The notes beneath the pieces are model-generated. The model was not told where the DNA came from. It saw only the letters and a program-made list of their open reading frames with translations, and searched no databases. A program made the translations under genes and the position numbers. A stretch of 64,000 nt of DNA, taken from an uncultured beta proteobacterium. Its GTDB lineage: Bacteria > Pseudomonadota > Gammaproteobacteria > Burkholderiales > SG8-39. Shown here one piece after another: positions 29,834-40,816 of the stretch; the stretch's first letter is position 1, and the number at the start of each line of letters is the position of its first letter. The stretch lies in the NCBI GenBank assembly GCA_963820965.1, contig CAWGCC010000011.1, positions 655 to 64,654 of the forward strand, given 5' to 3'.

Positions 29834-30856
29834 GTGACCGGCGACCGTTTCGCCTTGAGCGCCTCCCGTATCCTCGTCACCGGCGCGACCGGGTTTGTCG
29901 GGCGCGCCCTCCTCCGCCGGCTGGTCGCCGACGGCCGCCCGGTGCGCGCTGCGATCCGGGGAACGCCCGCCGCGCTGCCGGAGGTTGAGGCCGTGGCGGT
30001 CGGGGACATCGCCCCCGGCACCGATTGGCGCGCGGCGCTCGCGGGCATCGACGCGATCGTCCATCTCGCCGCGCGCGCGCACGTGCTGCGCGAGTCGTCG
30101 GCGAACCTGCACGCGCGCTATCACGCAGTGAACACGCTCGGCGCGTTGCGGCTCGCCGAGGCGGCCGCCGCGGCCGGCGTGCGACGCTTCGTATTCCTCA
30201 GCTCCGCGCGGGTGCACGGCGACCGCTCGACCGGCGCGCCGTTCACCGAATCGAGCCCGCTCGTCGCCGAGGATCCGTACGGGCGATCGAAAGCGGACGC
30301 CGAGCGCGGTCTGGCGTCGCTTGCGAGCGGCACGCAGCTCGAGCCCGTGATCCTGCGTCCCCCCCTCGTCTACGGCCCCGAGGCCGGCGGCAACTTCGCC
30401 CGCCTCGTTGCGCTCGTCGCGCGCGGCGTGCCGCTGCCGCTCGGCGCGGTGCGCAACCGGCGCAGCCTGATATACGTCGAGAATCTCGTCGATGCGATCG
30501 TGCGCTCGCTCGACCATCCGTCCGCGGCCGGCGAGACGTTCATGGTGAGCGACGGCGAGGATGTGTCGACGCCGGAGCTGATACGCCGGATCGCACGGGC
30601 GCTCGGAAAGCCTGCGCGGCTGGTCCCCGTGCCGCCGGCGCTGCTCCGCCTCGGCGGCGCGCTCGCCGGCCGCTCGGACGACATTGCGCGGCTCCTCGAC
30701 GATCTCGTCGTCGACCGCTCGAAGATCCGCGCGTTTCTCGGTTGGTCGCCGGTCTTCACGCTGGACGAGGGCCTAGCCCAGACCGCTGCCTGGTACCGGA
30801 CCGTTGCAGGTCATTCGCACGGCGGCCGTTCGAGTGGCCGACGCGGATCGCTTTGA
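29834..30856 (+). CDS. NAD-dependent epimerase/dehydratase (WbpV/WbpK-like SDR)
   Basis: VTGATGFVG, HLAARAH, YGRSK, RPPLVYGP, NRRSL. Confidence 0.9.
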   Translation: MTGDRFALSASRILVTGATGFVGRALLRRLVADGRPVRAAIRGTPAALPEVEAVAVGDIAPGTDWRAALAGIDAIVHLAARAHVLRESSANLHARYHAVNTLGALRLAEAAAAAGVRRFVFLSSARVHGDRSTGAPFTESSPLVAEDPYGRSKADAERGLASLASGTQLEPVILRPPLVYGPEAGGNFARLVALVARGVPLPLGAVRNRRSLIYVENLVDAIVRSLDHPSAAGETFMVSDGEDVSTPELIRRIARALGKPARLVPVPPALLRLGGALAGRSDDIARLLDDLVVDRSKIRAFLGWSPVFTLDEGLAQTAAWYRTVAGHSHGGRSSGRRGSL

Positions 30857-30881
30857 CGTTTTAACGTCATGGCGCTATCAT
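30853..30881 (+). promoter_or_regulatory. Sigma70 promoter with overlapping palindromic operator for the CopG/RelE pair
   Basis: TTGACG (30853-30858), 17 bp, TATCAT (30876-30881); palindrome TGACGTT-TT-AACGTCA (30854-30869). Confidence 0.7.
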
Positions 30882-30888
30882 CGCGGGC

Positions 30889-31119
30889 ATGGATGCTCAG
30901 AAGCGCGCTACCGTTTACTTGGACTCGGATCTCCATCGTGCCCTGCGCTTGAAGGCAGCTGCGACCGACCGGTCGATCTCGGAGATCGTGAACGAGGCTG
31001 TACGCCGCAGTCTCGCGGAAGATGCCATCGATCTCGCAGCGATCGAGGACCGTGTTGCAGAGCCGGAGGCCGACTTTGGCGTCGTCGTCAAGGATATGAA
31101 ACGGCGTGGCCGGCTATAG
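30889..31119 (+). CDS. CopG/ribbon-helix-helix antitoxin
   Basis: KRATVYLDSDLHRALRLKAA..SISEIVNEAVR..LAEDA.DL; overlaps the toxin gene. Confidence 0.85.
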   Translation: MDAQKRATVYLDSDLHRALRLKAAATDRSISEIVNEAVRRSLAEDAIDLAAIEDRVAEPEADFGVVVKDMKRRGRL

Positions 31120-31369
31120 GCTGGTCATCAAGGCGAGCGCAACGAAGGAGCTCGAGCAGGTCGAACCCAAGAAGCTGCGGCAGCGCCTCGCCGCCGCGCT
31201 GGAGCGGCTTGCGCTCGACCCGCGTCCGGCAAGGTGCGAAAAGCTGGCCGGCGTTTACGACGCCTATCGCATTCGGCAGGGCGACTATCGCGCTGTCTTC
31301 ACGATCGACGACAAGGCGCGCGTCGTAACAATCGTGAAGGTCGGTCACCGGCGCGAGGTGTATCGATAG
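31106..31369 (+). CDS. RelE/ParE-family toxin
   Basis: Y.LVIKASATKEL, PRPARCEKLAG, YRIRQGDYR, VKVGHRREVYR. Confidence 0.93.
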   Translation: MAGYRLVIKASATKELEQVEPKKLRQRLAAALERLALDPRPARCEKLAGVYDAYRIRQGDYRAVFTIDDKARVVTIVKVGHRREVYR

Positions 31370-31470
31370 CGTCACGCTGCGCGTTGCCATGCCGAGTCGC
31401 TGACGGACTTCATGCCCCTTCAGGAACGCGGTTCAGGATTATCATGCCGGCACTGGATACGGGGCATCAC

Positions 31471-32043
31471 ATGACTTCGGTTGCCGATCTCGGGGTGAAG
31501 CGGCGGTTGCTTACCGTCGAGGCCTATCACCGCATGGGCGAGACCGGCATCCTCGCGCCCGACGAGCGCGTCGAGCTGATCGAGGGGGAGATCGTCGAGA
31601 TGGCACCTATCGGCAGCAGGCACTCGGGGATGGTGACGAGGCTGAACAGGCTGCTCGTCCTGGCGGCCGGCGATCGCGGCCTCGTATCCGTCCAGAACCC
31701 GGTCTGGCTCAGCCGCATCACCGAGCCCCAGCCCGATTTCGCGCTGCTCAGGCCCCGCGCCGACGACTACCAGTCCGCGACCCCGCGCCCGGAGGATGTT
31801 CTCCTCGTGGTCGAGATCGCCGAAACGTCCCTCAGGTACGACCGAGAGATCAAGGTCCCGCTCTACGCCGCGCACGGGATACCCGAGCTCTGGATCGCCG
31901 ATGTCGGCGAGCGAGTCCTCTGGACCTATCGCGAGCTTCGCGCGGGCGCCTACGCCGAGATCGAGAAAACGGATCGTCCCCGCAAGCTCCGGCTCGCCGC
32001 CGATCCGGAGATCGAGATCGACCTGAGCGGCCTGTTCGCCTGA
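31471..32043 (+). CDS. Uma2-family endonuclease-like protein
   Basis: LTVEAYHRM, RVELIEGEI, EPQPD, LVVEIAETSL.YDREIK..LYA..GIPE.W; alternative start 31444. Confidence 0.9.
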   Translation: MTSVADLGVKRRLLTVEAYHRMGETGILAPDERVELIEGEIVEMAPIGSRHSGMVTRLNRLLVLAAGDRGLVSVQNPVWLSRITEPQPDFALLRPRADDYQSATPRPEDVLLVVEIAETSLRYDREIKVPLYAAHGIPELWIADVGERVLWTYRELRAGAYAEIEKTDRPRKLRLAADPEIEIDLSGLFA

Positions 32044-32063
32044 CCCGGCGCGCGCGGCGCGCC

Positions 32064-33524
<1,461 letters not shown>

Positions 33525-33541
33525 TTCTGGGGACGACCAGC

Positions 33542-34114
33542 TCAGGGCACGGCGAGGTCCGTATCCTCGTAGATCGCGGCCAGCGTCAGCTCCGCCCGGA
33601 CCGGGCCGCAGCGGACCTCGAGACGCTCGCCGGGATCGAGGCTCGCCGCTAGCCACGCGCCATCGTCGCCGCGCACGTGGTAAGTGACCGATACCCGTTC
33701 CGAATCGACGACGACGTAGTAGCGAAGCGTCTCGATTCCGCGATAGGCATGCAGCTTCTCACGGGTGTCGGTAGCCGCAGTCGAGGGCGACAGCACCTCG
33801 GCGATGAAACAGGGCGCTTCCTTGAACACCGTCTCCGGGGACGCCGGTTCGCAGCTCATGATCACGTCGGGGTAGTAATAGGCGGCGGCGTGCGCCACAC
33901 GGAGCTTCATGTCGGAAACGTACACGCCGCAGGGCGTGGCGCGCGCCGCCAGCCGCAGCGTCACGAACACGTTCCCCGCGATCCGGTTGTGCCGCTCGCC
34001 GGCGCCGGCCATGGCGTAGGCGAACCCGTCCACGTACTCGTGGCGTTCGGCGGCCTGCGCCTCGCGGTCGAGGTAGTGCCGCTCGGTCAGGGTACGACGT
34101 TGCGGAGTACCCAT
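33542..34114 (-). CDS. Uma2-family endonuclease-like protein
   Basis: RHEYVDG..YAMAG, YYYPDV, EVLSPST..D.REK..Y. Confidence 0.9.
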   Translation of the reverse strand: MGTPQRRTLTERHYLDREAQAAERHEYVDGFAYAMAGAGERHNRIAGNVFVTLRLAARATPCGVYVSDMKLRVAHAAAYYYPDVIMSCEPASPETVFKEAPCFIAEVLSPSTAATDTREKLHAYRGIETLRYYVVVDSERVSVTYHVRGDDGAWLAASLDPGERLEVRCGPVRAELTLAAIYEDTDLAVP

Positions 34115-34270
34115 GCTCTCTCCATGGCAGAACGCGTCTCGAGCCTAGCACACCTCCACCGCGAAGCCGATGGTCTACGAAGGCCCCAACGGGAAGCGGG
34201 CCGGAGGGAGCCGCTCCGCCTCGCCCGGCGCGCGGATAGAATCGGGCCGCATCGACCGATCGACGACCAA

Positions 34271-35260
34271 GTGCCCGCGCTCGCCCTCGTCCCCGTCGCG
34301 TCCGCGCTCGCCTGCGCGAGCGTCATCCTGTTCCTCCTCAGGCGCGGCGACGCACTCCCGCTCGACCACCCGAACGAGCGCTCGCTGCACGCGCGCCCGG
34401 TGCCGCGCGTCGGCGGGATCGGGATCGTCGCCGGCGTGCTGCTCGCGTTCGCGCTCGTGCGTGCCGAGCCGCTCCTCGCGGGGCTCGTCGCCGCGCTTGC
34501 CGTCGTGTCCTATCTCGACGACCGCGCGCATCTGCCGATCGTGCTGCGCTTCGGCGCCCACGCGGCCGCGGCGGTGGTGTTCGTGCTTGCGGCAACGCCC
34601 GACCTGCACCCCGTGTGGCAGGCGGTGCTCGCGCTCGCGACGATGTGGATCACCAATCTCTACAACTTCATGGACGGGTCCGACGGGCTCGCCGGCGGCA
34701 TGGCCCTGTTCGGGTTCGGCGCCTACGCGCTCGCCGCCTGGCTCGCGGGCGATGCGGTGTTCGTGATCGTGGCCGCGAGCATCGCCGCGGCCGCGGCCGC
34801 CTTCCTCGCCTTCAACTTCCCGCCGGCGAGAGTGTTCATGGGCGATGCCGGTTCGATCCCGCTCGGGTTCCTGTCGGCGGCGCTGGGGATCCTCGGTTGG
34901 CGGGCCGGGCATTGGCCGCTGTGGTTCCCGGTGCTCGTGTTCTCGCCATTCATCATCGATGCGAGCCTCACGCTCGCGCGCCGGGCGCTGCGCGGCGAGC
35001 GGGTCTGGCGGGCGCACCGCTCGCACTACTACCAGCGGCTGGTGCAGCTCGGGTGGGGCCATCGCAACACTGCGCTCGCCGAGTACGCACTGATGGCGGC
35101 GTGCGGGGGTCTCGCGCTCTGGGCGCTCGGCCAGCCGCTCGCGGTGCAGTGGGCGGCGGTCGGCGCCGCGATCGTCGCGTATCTCGCGCTCGCTGCATTC
35201 GTCGACGTCGCGTGGCGGCGCCACGCGCACTCGCCCCACGGCGATGTCGGTGCGAATTAA
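34271..35260 (+). CDS. MraY/WecA-family polyprenyl-phosphate HexNAc-1-phosphate transferase (WbpL-like)
   Basis: PNERSLH..PVPRVGG, YLDD, NLYNFMDGSDG, FMGDAGS, AHRSHYYQR. Confidence 0.92.
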   Translation: MPALALVPVASALACASVILFLLRRGDALPLDHPNERSLHARPVPRVGGIGIVAGVLLAFALVRAEPLLAGLVAALAVVSYLDDRAHLPIVLRFGAHAAAAVVFVLAATPDLHPVWQAVLALATMWITNLYNFMDGSDGLAGGMALFGFGAYALAAWLAGDAVFVIVAASIAAAAAAFLAFNFPPARVFMGDAGSIPLGFLSAALGILGWRAGHWPLWFPVLVFSPFIIDASLTLARRALRGERVWRAHRSHYYQRLVQLGWGHRNTALAEYALMAACGGLALWALGQPLAVQWAAVGAAIVAYLALAAFVDVAWRRHAHSPHGDVGAN

Positions 35261-37106
35261 CTGGCGGAACGCAATCGCGTTCGTGCACGACGTCGTCGCG
35301 GCTGCGGCGGCCTGGGTGATTGCCTATCTCTTCCGCTTCAACCTCGAGATCTTCGAGCCGTACGGCACCGCGATGATCTCGAACCTCGTGTGGGTCGTAC
35401 CCGTTCAGGCCGCCATCTTCCTGTGGCTCCGCATGTACCGGGGCCTGTGGCGCTACGCGAGCCTGCCCGACCTGCGGCGCATCGTCGTCGCGGCGCTGCT
35501 CGGGTCGATGGCGGTGGCCGTCGGCGTCGTCCTGCTGCAGCAGCCGCACGTACCGCGCTCGGTGCTCGTGCTCTATCCGCTGCTGCTCTCGGTGATCATG
35601 GGCGGCAGCCGGATTGCCTACCGCGCGTGGAAGGAAGGTCACCTCAGCCGGCTCGGGGGCGACGGCAAGCGCGTGATCGTGCTCGGCGCGGGCAGCGCCG
35701 CCGCGAACCTGCTGAAGAACCTCGGGCGCAGCCCGGAGTGGCACTTCGTCGGGCTCCTGGACGACGACCCGGCGAAGCAGAAGCGGGAGATCCAGGGCGT
35801 GAAGGTGCTCGGGACGCTGGCCGACCTGCCCGAGCTCGCCGCCCGCGAGGGCGCCGAGGTTGCGGTGATCGCGATGCCGGACGAATCGCATCGCATCCGC
35901 CGCCGCGCGGTGGAGCTCGCGCGGAGCGCCGGCCTCCAGGCGATGACCGTGCCGTCGTACGAGGACCTGGTCGGCGGCAAGGTGACGGTGTCGCAGCTGC
36001 GGCGCGTGGAGCTCGACGACCTGCTCGGCCGCGACCCGGTAGAGCTCGACACGGCCGGTCTGCGGGAGTGGCTGTCCGCGCGGACAGTGCTCGTCACCGG
36101 CGCGGGCGGGTCGATCGGCGCGGAGCTCTGCCGCCAGATCCTCCGGTTCGAGCCGGCACGGCTGGTCGCGCTGGAGCAGAACGAGCTCCCGCTCTACGCT
36201 CTCGAGCAGGAATTCGGCGCGCAGAGCGGCACGACGCGGCTCGCGTACGTGATCGGCGACGTGAAATCGCGGGCGCGCGTCGATCAGGCGCTCGCGGCGT
36301 ACCGGCCCTCGGTGATCTTCCACGCGGCGGCGTACAAGCACGTGCCGCTCATGGAAGAGGAGAACGCCTGGGAGGCGGTGCTCAACAACGCGCTCGGCAC
36401 CTGGCGCGTCGCCCAAGCCGCGGCGCGGCACGGCGTCGAGAAGCTGGTGCTCGTCTCCACCGACAAGGCGGTGAATCCGACCAACGTCATGGGCGCGTCC
36501 AAGCGGCTGGCGGAGCTGCTCTGCCAGTCGCTCGCCGACGAGCGGACCCGGTTCGTGTCGGTGCGCTTCGGCAACGTGCTCGGCTCCACCGGCAGCGTCG
36601 TCCCGAAGTTCCGCAAGCAGATCGCCGCCGGCGGGCCGGTGACGGTCACGCACCCCGAGATCCGGCGCTACTTCATGTCCATCCCGGAGGCGGCGCAGCT
36701 CGTCCTGCAGGCGGGTCTCATGGGCCGCGGCGGAGAGATCTTCGTGCTCGACATGGGCGAGCCGGTGAAGATCGCCGATCTGGCGCGCGAGCTCATCCGG
36801 CTCTCGGGCCTTTCGGAGACCGACGTTCAGATCGAGTTCACCGGCCTCCGGCCGGGCGAGAAGCTCTACGAGGAACTGCTCGCCGACAACGAGCGCACGC
36901 TCCTCACGCCGCACCCGAAGCTGCGCATCATGAAGCCGGAGGCGCCGCAGTCGCGCGCGTGGGTGGCGGACGCGGCGCGCTGGCTCGAATCCGACCGCCT
37001 GCTCGCCGACGACGAGGTCCGCGCCGGCCTCGTTGCGCGCGTTCCCGAGTACACGCCTAGCGGCGCGGTCGCCGCGCCGCCGCCGGCGCGGCGCGCCGGG
37101 ACTTGA
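35244..37106 (+). CDS. Membrane-bound UDP-GlcNAc 4,6-dehydratase (WbpM/CapD/PglF-like)
   Basis: N-terminal TMs; DLLGRDPV, VTGAGGSIG, HAAAYKHVP, STDKAVNPTNVMGASK, RFGNVLGS, GLRPGEKLYEE. Confidence 0.95.
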   Translation: MSVRINWRNAIAFVHDVVAAAAAWVIAYLFRFNLEIFEPYGTAMISNLVWVVPVQAAIFLWLRMYRGLWRYASLPDLRRIVVAALLGSMAVAVGVVLLQQPHVPRSVLVLYPLLLSVIMGGSRIAYRAWKEGHLSRLGGDGKRVIVLGAGSAAANLLKNLGRSPEWHFVGLLDDDPAKQKREIQGVKVLGTLADLPELAAREGAEVAVIAMPDESHRIRRRAVELARSAGLQAMTVPSYEDLVGGKVTVSQLRRVELDDLLGRDPVELDTAGLREWLSARTVLVTGAGGSIGAELCRQILRFEPARLVALEQNELPLYALEQEFGAQSGTTRLAYVIGDVKSRARVDQALAAYRPSVIFHAAAYKHVPLMEEENAWEAVLNNALGTWRVAQAAARHGVEKLVLVSTDKAVNPTNVMGASKRLAELLCQSLADERTRFVSVRFGNVLGSTGSVVPKFRKQIAAGGPVTVTHPEIRRYFMSIPEAAQLVLQAGLMGRGGEIFVLDMGEPVKIADLARELIRLSGLSETDVQIEFTGLRPGEKLYEELLADNERTLLTPHPKLRIMKPEAPQSRAWVADAARWLESDRLLADDEVRAGLVARVPEYTPSGAVAAPPPARRAGT

Positions 37107-37123
37107 AGTCGACCAGGAGCGGA

Positions 37124-38350
37124 TCACACGTCCTGCGCGCTGCGGCCGCTCGCTGCACTTGCACGCCCGAACCCCATCCCCAGCAGCGACCAGAGCAGTA
37201 GTGACGTCTCGCGAATCAGGATGTCGTCCGTCAGGCTCTTCACGATCGCGGCGGCGAGCACCGCGAGCGCGAGCGCGTAAGCCGCGCGCGCACCGTCCGT
37301 CCAGTCTCGCGATCCGCGCCACAACGCGTGCGCCAGTGCCCCCAGCATCGCGACGAACGCTCCCAGGAGCAAGACACCACCTCCCAGCGCGCAATTGAGG
37401 AACATGTTATGGCTGTGCCAGTACAGCTCGTCGCCGAAGTGCGCGTCAAAATCCTTCCGCAGGATCCCACGTCCGTAGCCGTAACCGAGCCACGGCCGCT
37501 CCGCCGCGCGCTGGACCGCATAGCCCCAGATGCGGGGCCGCGGATCCCCCTCGAGCCGCGCACCGAGCGTCGCGGCGCCGGGGGCGAGCGTCTTCTGCCC
37601 GCTGACGGCCACGATCTGCGCCCCTCCCGCAGCCCCTAGCGCCAGCACGGCCACGACCACCGCCGTCCGCCCGCCGCGGCTCGCCGCGCGCCAGCGGAAG
37701 CGCGTCGCCAGCAGGATCAGCGCGGCGACCACGAGCGCCGGCCACATCATCCGATTCTGCGTCAGGGCGCCGGCGCCGAGCGTCAGCACCAGCCCGACGA
37801 AGGCGACGATCCGCCAGCGCGTGCCGAGCCCGCGATCGAGCATCGCCACGAGGAGCACGGGTGCGATCAGCGTCGCATAGGTGCTGTACGCGTTTCGGTC
37901 GCCGACGTAAGCCTTCGTGTACCAGTCGGCGTGCCGGGCGAAGTTCGCGAACGCGTACACCGCTATCGCGCCCGCGCTCACGACCATCACGCGCAGCCAC
38001 ACCCGCCACCGATCCTCCCCCCGCGTCAGCGCGTAGAACGAGAAGAACGCCAGCAGCGGATAGACCACCTCGTTCCGCACCTCGCCCTGCGAGTACTCGA
38101 AGTCGATGGTCCAGAGGAGCGAGGCGATCGCGATGCCTGACCACGCGGCCATTGCGACCAGCAGATACCGCGGCGGCGGCCGCGGACGCTCGCGCCACCA
38201 GACGTAGCCCGCGCATAGCGCGAGGAGCCCGAGCGAGATCGTGCGGATCGCGACCGTGTGCGTGATCGGCAGCACCAGGAGGAACGTGCCGGCCGGTACG
38301 GTCGCGAAGCGCGCGACGCGTGCGGTGTCGGGTAGCCGCAGCGCGGTCAT
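37124..38350 (-). CDS. waaL: O-antigen ligase-family membrane protein
   Basis: Polytopic; TQNR, R..IW..A..ERPWLGYGYG, HSHNMFL. Confidence 0.85.
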   Translation of the reverse strand: MTALRLPDTARVARFATVPAGTFLLVLPITHTVAIRTISLGLLALCAGYVWWRERPRPPPRYLLVAMAAWSGIAIASLLWTIDFEYSQGEVRNEVVYPLLAFFSFYALTRGEDRWRVWLRVMVVSAGAIAVYAFANFARHADWYTKAYVGDRNAYSTYATLIAPVLLVAMLDRGLGTRWRIVAFVGLVLTLGAGALTQNRMMWPALVVAALILLATRFRWRAASRGGRTAVVVAVLALGAAGGAQIVAVSGQKTLAPGAATLGARLEGDPRPRIWGYAVQRAAERPWLGYGYGRGILRKDFDAHFGDELYWHSHNMFLNCALGGGVLLLGAFVAMLGALAHALWRGSRDWTDGARAAYALALAVLAAAIVKSLTDDILIRETSLLLWSLLGMGFGRASAASGRSAQDV

Positions 38351-39270
38351 CGGCGCACGAGCCCCTCGCGCACGTGCCGCAGCACGTCCGCGACCTGGAT
38401 CCGCCGCACGTCCTCGCCTTCGCCGACGAGCGGGACGTGCACGAGCTGCGGATTGGGCGACGCGACCGCCTGCTTCAGGATCCCCTGACGCGGATCCGAC
38501 CAGAGGGACACGACGGTCAGCGGGAATGCGGCATCGAGGTAGTAGGCCATCGTCAGCACCCCGCCATCTGGCGCCACGAGCACGCGGCAGCGGTTCCGGA
38601 GGAGCGAGAGCATCTCGAGCAGCGTCGTTTCGCCCCGCAGATCGACGATCCCGGCCTGACCGAATCGCGGCGACCGGGCATGGCCGAGCAGGATGCAGCC
38701 CACGCCCTCCTCCGCCTCGAGCGCGGCGAACAGCTCGCGCCAGGACTCGACCGGCCAGTCCTTGACGTAGCCATAGTATTGCGCGGTCTCGGTGCTGACG
38801 TGCGCCGCGACGTAGGCGCGCGCTTCGTCGAGCGGAAACTTACGCCACAGCGCGCCGTGTTCGGGCTTCAGCGCGAGGCGCGGCACGACCGCACCGAGCT
38901 GCCATGCCACCCACTCGGTCGGGTCCGGCCATTCGAGCACCACGTCGAAGTCGCGCGGACTGACGCCGGCCCGCTCGCACGCGCGCCGGAAGCCCTCGCG
39001 CTCGTCGCGCACAAGCGCCGCGTCGACGATCACGCGTTCGACGCCGAGGAGCTCGAACGCCGCCGCGAGATCGGCGCGCGTGAGTACGGCGATCTCCGCT
39101 CCCGGCAGCGCCTCGCGGACACGCTCGAACAGCGCATACAGCCCGAGCGGAATGTCGCCGAGCCCGCGGTTCCAGTAGACGAGGCAGCGCCGGGCGCCGC
39201 GCGCCGACGCGCGCGCGATGATCCGCTCGAACTCGTTGCCGCGCAGCTTGCGGAGGAGCCGGCGGATCAT
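38347..39270 (-). CDS. Divergent GT9-like (heptosyltransferase-fold) glycosyltransferase
   Basis: RGLGDI, KDWP..W, DLRGETTLLE, VAPDGG. Confidence 0.7.
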   Translation of the reverse strand: MIRRLLRKLRGNEFERIIARASARGARRCLVYWNRGLGDIPLGLYALFERVREALPGAEIAVLTRADLAAAFELLGVERVIVDAALVRDEREGFRRACERAGVSPRDFDVVLEWPDPTEWVAWQLGAVVPRLALKPEHGALWRKFPLDEARAYVAAHVSTETAQYYGYVKDWPVESWRELFAALEAEEGVGCILLGHARSPRFGQAGIVDLRGETTLLEMLSLLRNRCRVLVAPDGGVLTMAYYLDAAFPLTVVSLWSDPRQGILKQAVASPNPQLVHVPLVGEGEDVRRIQVADVLRHVREGLVRR

Positions 39271-40382
39271 CGGCCGAGCAGCTCCTCGATCGCGGCGGCG
39301 ACCGGCGCGACCTCGATCGCCTGCATGCAGCGCGGCGCGGCACACTCGTGCGGCCCCCGCGTGCAGTGCTTCAACCAGGCGATCTCGCGCTTGAAGAGCA
39401 CGCGCTGGTCGCGGCACGGAAAGTCGGGGATCGTCACCGCCCGGTACGGGCTCGCGCGCCAGAACTCGCCCGCGCCGCACACGAGCGCCGAGCCCGGCCC
39501 GAACAGCGTCACCGTCGGCACGTTCACGAGCCGTCCGAGATGCGCGATGCCGGTGTCGGGCGAGACGAGCAGCGCCGCCCGCTTGAGCAGGTGCCACATC
39601 TGCGCGAGGTCGAGCCTGCCGGCGTACGACGGGCGGCGTCGATCCGGATCGATCGCCGCGACCTCGCCCTCCTCGCCGCGGCCGCCGCTCCAGACGACGC
39701 GCAGCCCCCGCGCCTCGAGGAGCGCGGCGAGCGCGCGCCATTTTTCGCGGTCCCAGAGCTTGAGCGGCGTGCTCGCCCCGACGTGCAGCACGGCGTAGCG
39801 CGCGGCCGGCGCGTCGAACGGCGCCGCCTCCGGATCGGGCCAGTCCTCCGGACGGTACGGGCGCGGCGGCGGGCCGTCGACGAGGTCCGCGGTCAGATCG
39901 CCGAGCGCCGCCGGCGTCGCGCGATACGGTCGCGACTCGTCCACCGGCCAGCTCTTGTACGCCGGCCGGTCGCCGGCGAACGCGACGATCCAGCGCGCAC
40001 CGTACGCGGCGGCGAGCCAGCTGAAGCGGTTGTCGGCGGGTACGTAGGCGAGATCGAAGCCGCGCGCGGCCTCGGCGGCGTCGAACGTGCTCGCGTCGCG
40101 GGTGTCGTAGGCGAGCGCGCGAACGCCATACGGCGAGCCACGGTAGATGGGCGCGATGCCGCGCGGCGTCGTCATGGCGATGTCCGCGGCGGGGTGACGC
40201 TCGCGCAGCTTGGCGAGGAGCGGCGTCAGCATCAGCGTGTCACCGAGCAGCAGGTGGTGCGCGACGAGGATCCGCGCGGGCGCCGCCGGACGCGCGCGGC
40301 GCCCCGCGGTTTGCGCGAGCGCCCAGACCGCGCGCGGCAGCACGCGCAGGCGGAAACCGAGCCGGCTAGGCCGCGACTGCAT
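39267..40382 (-). CDS. GT9 LPS core glycosyltransferase
   Basis: LLLGDTLMLTP, LHVGASTPLKLW, VSPDTGIAHLG..PTVTLFGP. Confidence 0.9.
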   Translation of the reverse strand: MQSRPSRLGFRLRVLPRAVWALAQTAGRRARPAAPARILVAHHLLLGDTLMLTPLLAKLRERHPAADIAMTTPRGIAPIYRGSPYGVRALAYDTRDASTFDAAEAARGFDLAYVPADNRFSWLAAAYGARWIVAFAGDRPAYKSWPVDESRPYRATPAALGDLTADLVDGPPPRPYRPEDWPDPEAAPFDAPAARYAVLHVGASTPLKLWDREKWRALAALLEARGLRVVWSGGRGEEGEVAAIDPDRRRPSYAGRLDLAQMWHLLKRAALLVSPDTGIAHLGRLVNVPTVTLFGPGSALVCGAGEFWRASPYRAVTIPDFPCRDQRVLFKREIAWLKHCTRGPHECAAPRCMQAIEVAPVAAAIEELLGR

Positions 40383-40392
40383 CGGCGGTCGG

Positions 40393-40620
40393 CTATCTCG
40401 CCTTACGGCCGCGGGCCTTCTCGAGCAATGCCAACGCCCCCCGCGTCTTGCCCACGCCGCGCGCGGCACGGGCCCGGAAGCGCGTCTCGGCGTCGAACTC
40501 CGCGAGCAGGATCGTTGCCATCTCGTCGATGAGCCTGTTTACGCTCATCGACCGTGCGCGCGCGAGCTGCTTCAGCCGCTCGCGCTTTTCCTGCGGCATG
40601 CGAACGATCAGCGCACTCAT
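40393..40620 (-). CDS. Ribbon-helix-helix antitoxin-like protein
   Basis: MSALIVRMP.EK.ERLKQLA..SVNRLIDEMAT..AEFDAETRF. Confidence 0.8.
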   Translation of the reverse strand: MSALIVRMPQEKRERLKQLARARSMSVNRLIDEMATILLAEFDAETRFRARAARGVGKTRGALALLEKARGRKAR

Positions 40621-40810
40621 TTCAGTCTCCTCAAGAACTGGTAGGGCGTCAGCACCGCGATCTCGGGGAAGCGGAGCTGAGCTCCGAGCCTGAAATCAGC
40701 CACGTTCCCTGTGACGATTGCCTCCGCGCCGCCTGCCACCGCGAGCTCGACGACATGATTGTCCGCCTCGTCGCGCAGGTTCGGCCGCCATGCGAAGAAG
40801 ATCCGCCCGG
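40617..40810 (-). pseudogene. PIN-domain toxin, C-terminal fragment only
   Basis: FFAWRPNLRDEADNHVVELAVAGGAEAIVTGNVADF..LTP; no start codon or N-terminal DTN motif between it and the upstream stop at 40817. Confidence 0.75.
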
Positions 40811-40816
40811 TGTGGT

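Noticed and set aside
34150-34200. Short peptide TSTAKPMVYEGPNGKR resembling a quinoprotein dehydrogenase C-terminus
   Set aside because: Too short to distinguish from chance
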